Source: Candidatus Woesearchaeota archaeon
GTDB lineage: Archaea; Nanobdellota; Nanobdellia; Pacearchaeales; GW2011-AR1
Direction: 5' to 3'
Length of the DNA: 64,000 nucleotides
Assembly (NCBI GenBank): GCA_964358765.1
Contig: CAYHPN010000002.1
Location: 62,863 to 126,862, forward strand
This document shows positions 35,520 through 45,364 of the stretch, in pieces. Made by a program: the position numbers and the translations under genes. How positions within the stretch are numbered: position 1 is the first letter of the stretch; each line of letters opens with the position of its first letter. The notes under the pieces are model-generated. The model ran no database searches. It saw only the letters and a program-made list of their open reading frames with translations, and was not told where the DNA came from.

Positions 35520-36878
35520 ATGCAAACAGAAAAAAAGGAAAGGGAACAAAGAACGATGCTTACTGATTTATATCAGTTAACAATGAATGCAGGGTATTTT
35601 GAAAATGAAAAGAATGATATGGCTACATTTGACTTGTTTATACGCGATCTTCCTAAAGATTGGGGTTTTTTCATAGCGAACGGGTTAGAAGATGCCGTAG
35701 ATTATGCAACAAACATTAAATTTGAGGAAGAAGACATTGAATTCTTAAGAGAACAGAATATTTTTAATGAAAATTACTTAGAATCTCTAATAGACTTTAG
35801 ATTTACGGGAGAGATATACGCTGTTAAAGAGGGAACACCAATTTCTGCAAACACTCCTATTCTAAGTGTTAGGGCACCAAGAATGGAAGCTCAATTGCTT
35901 GAAACTATTCTTCTTAATACCGTAAACTTTCAGACAATGATTGCTTCTAAAGCAAATAGAGTAGTACTAGCAGCAAAAGAAGCAAATGTTATAGATTTTG
36001 GTTTAAGGAGAGCACAAGGAAGAGACGCCGCACTAGAAGGAGCAAGAGCCGCATACATTGGAGGATGCATAGGAACAAGCGATGTTATGGCTGGGAAAAA
36101 ATATAGCATTCCAATATTTGGAACACAAGCACATAGTTTTGTAATGAGTTTTCAAAGTGAAATTGAATCTTTTAGAGCATATGTAAAAACTTTCCCTAAA
36201 AATACAACATTATTGATTGATACTTATGACACAATAAATGGTGCGAAAAATGCAGTAATAGTTGGAAAAGAACTTGAAAAAAGCGGGGGAAGACTTGGAG
36301 GCGTTAGACTTGATTCTGGAAATCTCGCAGAATTATCTATAGAAGCAAGAAAGATATTAGATGACGGCGGGCTGAATTATGTAAAAATATTTGCAAGCAA
36401 TGATCTGAATGAATATAAAATTTCTAAATTAAGAGAAAGAGATGCGAGAATTGATGGATATGGGGTTGGAACTGAATTAATAACTGCAAAACCAGTCGCT
36501 GCAATTCCAGGAGTTTACAAACTTGTAGAAGATGAGAACGGAGCTAAAATTAAATTAGCTGAAGGGAAGAAAAGTTATCCTGGAAGAAAACAAGTTTACA
36601 GAGTAGAACAAAATGGGCAGTATATTGAAGATATTCTTGCTTTAGAAGGAGAAAGAATTAATGGAATACCTCTATTAGAAAAAGTAGTTGAAAATGGAGA
36701 AAGAATAAGAGCAAGGAGAACTCTAAAGGAAATAAGAAAGTATTGCAAAGAAGAAGTTGCAAAGATGCCTCAATCAACTAAAGAAGTTTATTCTAAACAA
36801 TATGAAATAAAAGAATCTAGAGGCTTAACTAATCTCATTTCTGAATTGACTGTTAAATATGGAGGCGGAAAAAAATGA
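35520..36878 (+). CDS. pncB: nicotinate phosphoribosyltransferase
   Basis: LTDLYQLTMNAGYF, FGLRRAQG, GTQAHSF and VRLDSGN motifs; 452 aa. Confidence 0.9.
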   Translation: MQTEKKEREQRTMLTDLYQLTMNAGYFENEKNDMATFDLFIRDLPKDWGFFIANGLEDAVDYATNIKFEEEDIEFLREQNIFNENYLESLIDFRFTGEIYAVKEGTPISANTPILSVRAPRMEAQLLETILLNTVNFQTMIASKANRVVLAAKEANVIDFGLRRAQGRDAALEGARAAYIGGCIGTSDVMAGKKYSIPIFGTQAHSFVMSFQSEIESFRAYVKTFPKNTTLLIDTYDTINGAKNAVIVGKELEKSGGRLGGVRLDSGNLAELSIEARKILDDGGLNYVKIFASNDLNEYKISKLRERDARIDGYGVGTELITAKPVAAIPGVYKLVEDENGAKIKLAEGKKSYPGRKQVYRVEQNGQYIEDILALEGERINGIPLLEKVVENGERIRARRTLKEIRKYCKEEVAKMPQSTKEVYSKQYEIKESRGLTNLISELTVKYGGGKK

Positions 36879-37120
36879 AAGATGGAACAATATATGCCAT
36901 TAAAGGTAAAACAAGAGTATTGAAAGCTAAAGGATATGAGGCAAGAATGGATACTCTAGGTTTTGCAACTGGGGAAAAGGAAGACATCCTGGAATTTTAC
37001 CGAAATAATAGATATAACGAAATTGAACTAGAAGTTATAAAAGTTACAAACGTAAGAGGCAATTCAAGGATTGAAGATTTTCTAAAAAACCAAAAAGAAA
37101 AGGAGGCAAGGGTAGCATGA
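36875..37120 (+). CDS. hypothetical small protein in the NAD operon
   Basis: 81 aa with ATGA overlaps on both sides. Confidence 0.4.
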   Translation: MKDGTIYAIKGKTRVLKAKGYEARMDTLGFATGEKEDILEFYRNNRYNEIELEVIKVTNVRGNSRIEDFLKNQKEKEARVA

Positions 37121-37743
37121 GAACAATACTATGGAATGTTGATACCCAATATGACTTTATGAGAGATTATGGAAGACTCTATGTTAGAGGAGCAGAGGAA
37201 ATAGAAAACAAACTTGAAAGGTTTACTAAACTTGCTGAAAAATATAATATAATAGTTGTAAATACTGCAGATTGGCATAATGAGAAAACAGCAGAGATTT
37301 CAAAAAACCCTGACTTCGTAAATACTTTTCCAGAACACTGTATTGAAAATACTCAAGGAGCAGAATTTATTGAAGCAACTAATCCTAAAGATGCTTACAA
37401 AATATATTGGGATCAAGAAAGTTTTGATGAAAATGAAGTATTAAAAAATAGAAACATAATATTGTATAAAGACAAATTTGATGTTTTCAAAGGGACGAGA
37501 CATGCAGACGGAATTGTAAAACTATTAGCTCCAGAAAGAGCAATTGTTTATGGAGTTGCAACAAATGTATGTGTAAATGATGCAGTGCTAGGGCTTTTAG
37601 AAAGAAAGGTTAAGGTGTATGTTCCAGTTGATGCAATAAAGGAACTTCCAAACTTACCATTGCCTTATGATAAATGGATAAATAAAGGGGCAGTTCTTAT
37701 TACAACTAATGAAGCCTATGGAATGCTGGAGGAAATAAAATGA
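37117..37743 (+). CDS. pncA: nicotinamidase (isochorismatase family)
   Basis: WNVDTQYDFM and the catalytic-Cys context VYGVATNVCV. Confidence 0.8.
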   Translation: MRTILWNVDTQYDFMRDYGRLYVRGAEEIENKLERFTKLAEKYNIIVVNTADWHNEKTAEISKNPDFVNTFPEHCIENTQGAEFIEATNPKDAYKIYWDQESFDENEVLKNRNIILYKDKFDVFKGTRHADGIVKLLAPERAIVYGVATNVCVNDAVLGLLERKVKVYVPVDAIKELPNLPLPYDKWINKGAVLITTNEAYGMLEEIK

Positions 37744-38072
37744 AAGAAGAAGCAATAACCCTAACTCTGCTAGTAAATAAAACAAAAGAAGAACTTAATG
37801 ATTCACAAAGAAGAGTAAACTTAGCAATGGAAAATTTACGAAATTATCAATCAAAATGTCAACATAGGTTTAAAGAAAGCTATGATCCTATAATTCATCC
37901 GGCAGGGTATTCTCAAGGAGATGCTCCGGGAACTATGGGTGTAGACTGGCAAGGACCATGCAGTTGGCCTGAAACTAGAGAAGATAGATGGAAGAGAGAA
38001 TGTTTTGAATGCGGTTTAACTCAATATACGCAAAATGTAGAAAAGGAGGTCATGAAAAAACCGAAGTGGTAA
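37740..38072 (+). CDS. hypothetical protein with a Cys pair
   Basis: 110 aa with CQHRF ... CFECGL, translationally coupled to pncA. Confidence 0.35.
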   Translation: MKEEAITLTLLVNKTKEELNDSQRRVNLAMENLRNYQSKCQHRFKESYDPIIHPAGYSQGDAPGTMGVDWQGPCSWPETREDRWKRECFECGLTQYTQNVEKEVMKKPKW

Positions 38073-38105
38073 ACTTTATAAAAGAACTTTGTTGGAGAAT
38101 TTAAT

Positions 38106-39239
38106 ATGAAAATAACAGAAAATAAAGGAAGATTGAGTATGGAAGAAATAGAGACTTCTCTTATCTATGATCATGGATATATACCTGAGCATGTCCAAGA
38201 GATGATGCCAAAATTAGAAGAAATTGATAGATTGAGGAATGAAAAAAATGCTATTTTGCTTGCGCACTACTATCAAATTCCACCTATACAACTTATCGCG
38301 GATATCAAGGGAGATTCTTTAAAGCTTGCAGAATCAGCAAAAGAGATTAGAGATAAAAGGTTAGTAGTATGCTCAACGGTTGTCTTCATGGCTGAGATGG
38401 TAAAATTATTAAGTCCTGATAAAAAAGTAGTTGTTCCTGATTTAGAATCAGGCTGTTCTATTGCTTCTGGAATGAATGGTGAAAGTGTAAGAAAAATAAG
38501 AGAAAAGTTTCCCACCTCTGCAATTGTTTCTTATATTAATACCTATGCTGACACAAAAGCAGAAGTCGATGCTGTATGTACTTCTGCAAATGCCAAGAGT
38601 GTTTTAAGAAACATCATGGGAGATCCTGTTATTATGATTCCTGATTATTTCTTTTTTCAAAATATGGCTAAAGAATTGCTTAGAGAGGGAAATGATGGAA
38701 GAACTTATTTAGCATACCGAGGAAAGGAAGGAGGAGATTTAGTTTTAGAAAATGTTGTTAATGGAAAAGAAGAACACATCAGAGGAAACGGTTTCCAACT
38801 TCCTGTATTAGACAAAGGAACTTGTATTGTGCACGAACAATTTAACCCTACTGATATTGACTATTTGAGAAAGAAGGATGGAATTGAAATTGTTATGGCT
38901 CATCCTGAAGTCAGTCCAGGAGTGGCAGAAGTATCTGATTTTGTCGGCGGAACTGGAAAAATGATCGATTATGTTGAAAAAAGTTCAGCAAAGAAATTTC
39001 TTGTCATCACTGAATGCGATTTAACTGCTCCTTTACGAGAAGCATTTCCAAAAGATAAATATGGAAAAGAATTTTACACCCCTTGTATACTCTGCCCATA
39101 TATGAAAAAGAATAGTATTGATGTTCTCTTAAATTCCTTTAGATATGAAAGATATGAAATCCATTTAGATGAAAAAACAGCAGCGGGTGCTAAACGATCT
39201 TTAGACAGAATGTTTGAGCTGACCAGGGAGAGAAAATGA
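38106..39239 (+). CDS. nadA: quinolinate synthase
   Basis: LLAHYYQ, GDSLKLA, ESGCSIA, YINTYADTKAEVDAVCTSANA, GTCIVHEQF, AHPE and CILCPYMKKN motifs. Three Cys ligand contexts are present. Confidence 0.8.
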   Translation: MKITENKGRLSMEEIETSLIYDHGYIPEHVQEMMPKLEEIDRLRNEKNAILLAHYYQIPPIQLIADIKGDSLKLAESAKEIRDKRLVVCSTVVFMAEMVKLLSPDKKVVVPDLESGCSIASGMNGESVRKIREKFPTSAIVSYINTYADTKAEVDAVCTSANAKSVLRNIMGDPVIMIPDYFFFQNMAKELLREGNDGRTYLAYRGKEGGDLVLENVVNGKEEHIRGNGFQLPVLDKGTCIVHEQFNPTDIDYLRKKDGIEIVMAHPEVSPGVAEVSDFVGGTGKMIDYVEKSSAKKFLVITECDLTAPLREAFPKDKYGKEFYTPCILCPYMKKNSIDVLLNSFRYERYEIHLDEKTAAGAKRSLDRMFELTRERK

Positions 39240-40138
39240 CAATAAAAAATACAAAAATGTTCAGCTCCTCTGAAGGAAATGTTTGGAAATATGTTTTTGA
39301 AGTTCCAGAAGGTGTAACTGAATCAGTCTTATATAAGTATCGATCATTTGAAGATAGAACTGTTCTGTGCTGTTCTGTTCAATCTGGATGCCCAGTAAAA
39401 TGTACATTTTGCGGTGCTGGAAATTCATTTCTTAGAAATTTGGATGCAAACGAAATAAAAGAACAAGTTGACTTTGTATTTGCTGATAAGAAAATTGATA
39501 GTAGAAAAGTAAATAAATTACAGATAATGTTCATGTCCATGGGTGAACCTTTTTTAAATTATGATAATGTCGAACTTGCTATAAGAGATCTCAATTCGGC
39601 ATATAAAAATGCACAACTTTTAGTTTCAACTATCGCCCCGGATAGAAAAGGAGATCTAGAAAGGTTTATTGAATTATCAACAGAAATTAATAAAATTGGA
39701 TTACAATTTTCCATTCATAAACCAACTGATGAAGAAAGAAATAAGTTAATCCCATATAAAAATAAATTAACTTTATCTCAAATTTCAGAATATGGTGTAA
39801 AATGGTTTAATGCAACTGGAAGAAATCCATTTTGCAATTATTGTGTAGATGGTAAGAATGACACAAATGGGGATTTTGAAAAATTAAGAGATTTATTTCC
39901 ACAAGAAGTATTTAATTTTACTTTTTCAGTTGTTTGTTCAAAAGACGAAACAATGAAAGATGCGGGTTTTCGAAATCTTGACAAGATTAATTCGTTTAGA
40001 CAGAAATTTATTAATATTGGATATAATACTCGAACATTTGATCCTCATGGTCAAGATGATATCGGCGGAGGTTGCGGACAGTTATGGTATGTTCAAAATT
40101 ACTTGCTAGGAAAAAATACAATAGGGGAGAGAAAATGA
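39236..40138 (+). CDS. short RlmN/Cfr-like radical SAM enzyme
   Basis: CSVQSGCPVKCTFCGAG (CxxxCxxC), FMSMGEPFLNYDNV, VSTIAP, LQFSIHKP and the C-terminal GGGCGQLWY resemble the RlmN/Cfr core. At 300 aa it lacks the usual N-terminal domain. Confidence 0.6.
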   Translation: MTIKNTKMFSSSEGNVWKYVFEVPEGVTESVLYKYRSFEDRTVLCCSVQSGCPVKCTFCGAGNSFLRNLDANEIKEQVDFVFADKKIDSRKVNKLQIMFMSMGEPFLNYDNVELAIRDLNSAYKNAQLLVSTIAPDRKGDLERFIELSTEINKIGLQFSIHKPTDEERNKLIPYKNKLTLSQISEYGVKWFNATGRNPFCNYCVDGKNDTNGDFEKLRDLFPQEVFNFTFSVVCSKDETMKDAGFRNLDKINSFRQKFINIGYNTRTFDPHGQDDIGGGCGQLWYVQNYLLGKNTIGERK

Positions 40139-41157
40139 GTCTAGAAAAATATCAGGCGACTTTTGTTGGTTGTCTGCAAGGAGATAGATTAGGCATGTCT
40201 GTAGAAGGTTTCAAAAGAGAACAAATAAAAAAGTATGTAGGAAGAATTACTAAGCCTATTGATCCTGTTATTGTTAGAGATGGAAAAGGAGAAGAAATAA
40301 CTGAAGATGAATTTGGAAAGCTAAAATATTGGACTAGAAATCTAAAAAAAGAAGACCATACTGATGATACTATACTGACTTATGCAGTTGGTCGCTCCTT
40401 AACAGAAAAAGGATATGATCTGGAGAGAGTTGCATCTGAACATGTTAAAGTTATCAATGATGATTCTGCATTTGGAAAAACGACTAGAGATGCGATTGAT
40501 AATTTAAAAAAAGGGATTTCTCATTTAGAAAGCGGAGTAATTGGAGGCCCTGGAAATGCCCCTGCGATGAAAATGTCACCTGTGGGATTATATATGGATG
40601 CTACAGGAACTTATAAAGAGGGATTAAAATTTGCTGAGAGTGTTAGCAAAATTACTCATTTGGATCCACGATCTGTAGTGAGCGGAGTGTTACAAGCTCA
40701 TGCAATATATTCATCTTTAGTTTTATATAGCCTGGACAGAAAAACATTTACTGAATCTTTAGTTGATGTTTGTAAAGATTGGGAAAAATCACTAAGTGAG
40801 AAATTTACTTGGTATAAAATGGGAAATCTTTTAACAAGATTACAATGGATAGACAATAACAGAGACGTTTCTAGCGAAGAAGCATTTTCACATTTGGGTA
40901 GTTCGAGTGCAATATATCAATCTTATCCTTTTGCTCTATGGATGTTTCAAAAATACTGGAATGATCCTATTGAAGGATTAATTGAAACAGTTAATTATGG
41001 AGGAGATTGCGATACAACAGGAGCAATCTATGGAAGTTTATGTGGAGCACGAAACGGAATTATATTTCCAACAGAGTGGTCAGAAGGAGCAAAAGGGATG
41101 GATGAAGCAATGGAACTAGGCAAGAAATTATTTTCATTAAGGAGGAAATTTCCATGA
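40135..41157 (+). CDS. ADP-ribosylglycohydrolase family protein
   Basis: GDRLGMSVEG, HTDDT and NYGGDCDTTGAIYGSLCGARNG motifs. The start is taken at the ATGA overlap (40135); the track start at 40072 lies inside the upstream gene. Confidence 0.75.
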   Translation: MSLEKYQATFVGCLQGDRLGMSVEGFKREQIKKYVGRITKPIDPVIVRDGKGEEITEDEFGKLKYWTRNLKKEDHTDDTILTYAVGRSLTEKGYDLERVASEHVKVINDDSAFGKTTRDAIDNLKKGISHLESGVIGGPGNAPAMKMSPVGLYMDATGTYKEGLKFAESVSKITHLDPRSVVSGVLQAHAIYSSLVLYSLDRKTFTESLVDVCKDWEKSLSEKFTWYKMGNLLTRLQWIDNNRDVSSEEAFSHLGSSSAIYQSYPFALWMFQKYWNDPIEGLIETVNYGGDCDTTGAIYGSLCGARNGIIFPTEWSEGAKGMDEAMELGKKLFSLRRKFP

Positions 41158-41693
41158 ATCAAGCAATAGTAAAATTAAGGCCTTTAAGCATTGAAGATGT
41201 TGACAATGTAATGACCTGGGTAAATGATAATGAAGTAATAAAGAACATTGCTAATTTTGATCACGTTTTTAGCAGAGAAGAAGAAAGAAAATTTCTGGAA
41301 AAATTGACAAAAAGTGAAAATGATCGCGTGTATTCTGTTGAGAATGAAAAGGGAGAATATATTGGGCAAGTGGGTGTAAATCAAATTTACTGGCCTGCAA
41401 GAGTAGGAAGACTGGCTATGACTATCGGAAATAAAGAATACCAAGGGAAAGGATATGGTCAAGCGGCGCTGAGAGAACTCTTACGAATCTCTTTTGAAGA
41501 GTTAAAAATGCACAAACTTTGGGGAGTTGTGTTTAAAACCAATGAAAGAATGAGACATATTCTTCATAAAAATGGGTTTGAACTTGAAGGAACATTACGG
41601 GAAGAATATATTTTGAGAGGAGAATATCATGATGTAGTGAGAATGTCTATTTTAGAAAAAGAGTATTTTAAATTGAAGGAGAGAAAGAAATGA
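41154..41693 (+). CDS. GNAT-family N-acetyltransferase (RimJ/RimL-like)
   Basis: LRPLSIEDVDNVMTWVND ... QGKGYGQAALRELL is an acetyl-CoA binding motif. Confidence 0.7.
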   Translation: MNQAIVKLRPLSIEDVDNVMTWVNDNEVIKNIANFDHVFSREEERKFLEKLTKSENDRVYSVENEKGEYIGQVGVNQIYWPARVGRLAMTIGNKEYQGKGYGQAALRELLRISFEELKMHKLWGVVFKTNERMRHILHKNGFELEGTLREEYILRGEYHDVVRMSILEKEYFKLKERKK

Positions 41694-43699
41694 AAATAGC
41701 ATTAGCACAAATGGAAGTCGTTGCTGGTAGGCCTAAAAAAACCCTGGAAAGAATGCTTCATATCATTTCTGAAGCAAAAAATAAAGGAGTTGATTTGATC
41801 GCTTTCCCTGAAATGTGTGTAGGAGGGTATTTGCTTGGAGATTTATGGACGAATGAAGGATATTGCAGAGCTTTAATGAAATTCAATGAAAAAATTATGC
41901 AAGCAAGCAAAGGGATAGCTATTGCTTATGGCAATATTTATGTTGATGATACTATTAATGAGAGAGTAGGAGATGATGGATTCCATCCGAATAAAGATGG
42001 AAGAGTGAGAAAATACAATGCCATTTATGTTTATCAGAATGGAAAACCAGCAAAAAGAGTGCAAGAAACTAAGTTTTTACCTGAAGGAGTACAGCCAAAG
42101 ACGTTGCTTCCTACTTATCGGTTTTTTGATGATCAGAGATATTTCTTTTCTACTGAAGATGTAGCAAAAGATTTTTCAGTAAGCCTTGAGAGTTTATTAT
42201 CTCCATTTATTATCACAGTGAGAGGAAAAGAACATACAATAGGCTTTGAACTGTGTGAGGATCTTTGGTGTGAGGATTATAGGAAAGACAGGAGAGCATT
42301 AAATCCTACAAAGATGCTTATAAACAATGGCGCTGAAAAAATAATCAATATCTCTGCCTCTCCCTGGACCTATGGAAAGAATGCTGCAAGAGACCGAAGA
42401 GTACAATTCTTAAAGAAAGATATTGGAAAGACCTTTACTCCTTTTTATTATGTGAATTGTGTGGGTACTCAGAATAATGGAAAAAATATTATTACCTTTG
42501 ATGGTGGTTCAACGGTTTATAATGAAGAAGGATTGCCTTTAATTTTAGGAAAATCCAATTATGAAGAAGAATTAATAATAGTTGAGGAAAAAGATTTGCA
42601 GAAGAGACCTATTGAAAGAGTTGAACAAGAAAGAGTTGAACAAAAATATCATGCACTCTTGCGTGGAATTAGACATGTGAAAGATATGAGTAGTATGTTG
42701 GAGCAGCCACGCTATATTATTGGATTATCGGGAGGCGTGGATAGCGCCATAGTTGCTGCTTTACTTACAAAGGCAGTTGGAGCCGATAATGTGATGGCAA
42801 TTAATATGCCAACGCGATTTAATTCAGATAAAACCAAAGACACTGCAAGGAAAATTGCAGAGAATCTTGGCATCGGATATGAAGTTGTCTCTATAGAAGA
42901 ACTTGATAGATTCAACCAAGAATTGCTTGAGAGACATGATCTGGATGGGAGTGGGAGAAAACTTGATGCTCGACAAAAAGGAAATGTAGCTGCAAAAATA
43001 CGAGGAACACCTGTTCTTTCAAATTTGGCTGCAAAATATCATGCTTTGTTCACCAATAATGGAAACAAACTGGAAACTGCTCTTGGTTATGCTACTTTAT
43101 ATGGAGATGTTAATGGAGCGTTCGCACCTATTGCCGACTTAACAAAACCTGAAATTTTTGAACTTGTAGAATTCTTTAATACAAAAGTCTTTAGAAGAGA
43201 AGTAATTCCTGCAGTACTTATTCCTGATGAACTCTTCAGATATCAAAAAGACCAGATTGCTCCTACGGCTGAACTTGAAAAAGATCAGATTGATCCTATG
43301 AAATTTGGATATCATGATGCATTACTCATGGAATTTACTGACTTTAAGAAAAAATCCCCAGAAGATATTATGCAATTCTATCAAGAAGGAAAATTGCATG
43401 AAATTATCGGGAGAAATCTTGGAAAGAATGCAGACTATGGATACCGACTTATGGAGAGATGGGGAGTTAACGATCCTAAAGTGTTTGTTGAAGACTTAGC
43501 ATGGTTTTGGAATGGAATCCAAGGGGCTGTGTTTAAGAGAATACAGACCTGCCCTATTATTGTAACGAGCAAGTCGGCTTATGGATTTGATATACGGGAA
43601 AGCATTCTGCCGTTTGAGACATCGTTAGTATATGATGAAATTAAAGAAGATATCCTGAAGATGAAGAAATATACTGGAGGAAAAAATGAGCGAACATAA
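41690..43699 (+). CDS. nadE: glutamine-dependent NAD+ synthetase
   Basis: N-terminal CN-hydrolase domain (FPEM, FELCEDLW) and C-terminal PP-loop GLSGGVDSA; 669 aa. Confidence 0.85.
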   Translation: MKIALAQMEVVAGRPKKTLERMLHIISEAKNKGVDLIAFPEMCVGGYLLGDLWTNEGYCRALMKFNEKIMQASKGIAIAYGNIYVDDTINERVGDDGFHPNKDGRVRKYNAIYVYQNGKPAKRVQETKFLPEGVQPKTLLPTYRFFDDQRYFFSTEDVAKDFSVSLESLLSPFIITVRGKEHTIGFELCEDLWCEDYRKDRRALNPTKMLINNGAEKIINISASPWTYGKNAARDRRVQFLKKDIGKTFTPFYYVNCVGTQNNGKNIITFDGGSTVYNEEGLPLILGKSNYEEELIIVEEKDLQKRPIERVEQERVEQKYHALLRGIRHVKDMSSMLEQPRYIIGLSGGVDSAIVAALLTKAVGADNVMAINMPTRFNSDKTKDTARKIAENLGIGYEVVSIEELDRFNQELLERHDLDGSGRKLDARQKGNVAAKIRGTPVLSNLAAKYHALFTNNGNKLETALGYATLYGDVNGAFAPIADLTKPEIFELVEFFNTKVFRREVIPAVLIPDELFRYQKDQIAPTAELEKDQIDPMKFGYHDALLMEFTDFKKKSPEDIMQFYQEGKLHEIIGRNLGKNADYGYRLMERWGVNDPKVFVEDLAWFWNGIQGAVFKRIQTCPIIVTSKSAYGFDIRESILPFETSLVYDEIKEDILKMKKYTGGKNERT

Positions 43700-44132
43700 A
43701 AATCCCGGTTGTACAGCAGACTCTATCATTCTCTATGAAAAAAATCTTGATTTTCTAAAGACTAAGATCCCTCTCGTTAAAAGAAAGAATGAACCTTATA
43801 AAGGATTTTGGGCATTACCTGGAGGATTCTTGAATTATGGAGAAGAAACTATAGAACAATGTTGTGTTAGGGAAGATTGGGAAGAAATTGGACTAATTAT
43901 AAAATTAGAAGACCTCGAATTATTTGGAGTTTATTCTGATCCATTAAGAGATCCAAGAGGGCATGTTACTTCACATGTATATGAGATTACAACTTTTAGT
44001 GGAACTCTAAAAGCTGGAGATGATGCCGCAAAAGTTAGATTGTTTGAACTTGGAAAGCTGCCCCCATTAGCATTTGATCATGAGAAAATTACTGCAGATT
44101 ATATAAAAAAATATGGGGTCAATAATGAGTGA
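43686..44132 (+). CDS. Nudix hydrolase
   Basis: Nudix box LPGGFLNYGEETIEQCCVREDWEEIGL. The C-terminal LAFDHEKI resembles NadM-Nudix/NrtR-type Nudix domains. Confidence 0.75.
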   Translation: MSEHKNPGCTADSIILYEKNLDFLKTKIPLVKRKNEPYKGFWALPGGFLNYGEETIEQCCVREDWEEIGLIIKLEDLELFGVYSDPLRDPRGHVTSHVYEITTFSGTLKAGDDAAKVRLFELGKLPPLAFDHEKITADYIKKYGVNNE

Positions 44133-45081
44133 GAAAAAATTCTGCTTATTAGCAGATCCTAGCAGGTCATCTTTTGAGCAGGCGAAGAAAATCTTTGCAG
44201 AGATTAGTAAAGAAAGTGATGCCTTTGATCTCATTCCTATAGAGATAAAGAGATTTAGAGATGGTGAACTCAAACCTAAGATTGTTGAAAATATTCGAAG
44301 AAAAGAATGTTTCTTTATTCATGATTCTCATTTGCCTCCTGCAGAATGGTTCTTAGAACTTTGCCTTATTAATCAGGCTCTTAAGAATTCTTCTGCGCAA
44401 GAAATTAATGTTATTTTACCGTATTTGAAATTTAGCAGACAGGATAGAAAAGACGAACCTCGAGTTTCTCTAAGTGCAAGAGTTATTGCAGATGCTATCC
44501 AACTCTATGCAGACAGGGTTGTGACATTAGACGTGCATAATCCTGCGACAGAAGGATTTTATGGCATTCCTTTTGATAACTTACATTCGTTTCCTATTGT
44601 TATAAATTATCTTAATACTCATTATTCAACCATATTAAAAGATATTACGATAATGAGCACTGACGCAGGAGGAGCAACCAGAGCAAAGAACTTTGCAAAA
44701 AAAATAGGAAAAAGTGATCTTGTTATAGGATATAAAGCAAGAAACAAGGAAGGAGATGTGGAAGAATTGAAAATTTTAGGAGATGTACAAGGAAAAAATA
44801 TTCTAATTATTGATGACATGATTGATTCAGGAGATACTTTGCTTTCTGCCTGCACAACTGCCAGAAAAGAGGGAGCAAAAAAAGTTTATGCTTATTGCAC
44901 ACACGGTATTTTCTCTAAGGGAATAGAAAATTTCAAGAATAACTTTGATAAACTCTTTATTAGCGATAGTATAATGCAGAAACCTGCAGAAAATATAGAA
45001 GTAATTCCCTTAGAAAAGCTCTTTGCTTCTGCTATTTTAAAAATCTCTAAAGGCGAGAGCATAAGCATGCTTTTTAATTAA
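44113..45081 (+). CDS. prs: ribose-phosphate pyrophosphokinase
   Basis: LDVHNP..EGFYGIPFDNL and the PRPP-binding loop IIDDMIDSGDTL. Confidence 0.85.
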   Translation: MGSIMSEKKFCLLADPSRSSFEQAKKIFAEISKESDAFDLIPIEIKRFRDGELKPKIVENIRRKECFFIHDSHLPPAEWFLELCLINQALKNSSAQEINVILPYLKFSRQDRKDEPRVSLSARVIADAIQLYADRVVTLDVHNPATEGFYGIPFDNLHSFPIVINYLNTHYSTILKDITIMSTDAGGATRAKNFAKKIGKSDLVIGYKARNKEGDVEELKILGDVQGKNILIIDDMIDSGDTLLSACTTARKEGAKKVYAYCTHGIFSKGIENFKNNFDKLFISDSIMQKPAENIEVIPLEKLFASAILKISKGESISMLFN

Positions 45082-45100
45082 AATTAATCTACAAGTTAAA

Positions 45101-45265
45101 GTGAAAATTCCCACAGCATGTTAAATGACATTTATATTAATTGATTACAATTAATTATCCAAACATATTTATTTTAATAAAACCTACATTGCATTTTTTT
45201 ATTTATTTACCTTTTATTATTTAATCCCCAAGGGCTTGCCTTGAAAGATTACTGCCAATAATAAT
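45101..45265 (+). repeat. family B intergenic element (internally deleted copy)
   Basis: It shares GTGAAA.TTCCCACAGCA, TTGATTACAA, CTACATTGCAT and TTAATCCCCAAGGGCTTGCCTTG blocks with 63671-63925. Confidence 0.55.
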
Positions 45266-45321
45266 TTCTTTTTACTATCTTAGTCTACATAATACATATT
45301 ATAAATTATAATAATCTTTAT

Positions 45322-45364
45322 ATAGTGTAGTATATACAATAAGTTATGGTATTTAATACAATAA
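45322..45364 (+). promoter_or_regulatory. tandem NrtR-type operators over the TATA box and start codon of the NMNAT operon
   Basis: Site A (45322-45342) is ATAGTGTAGTATATACAATAA. Site B (45344-45364) is TTATGGTATTTAATACAATAA, 17 of 21 matches to the perfect palindrome. Spacing is 22 bp. TATA TTTATATA is at 45317-45324. The ATG at 45346 lies inside site B. Confidence 0.6.
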
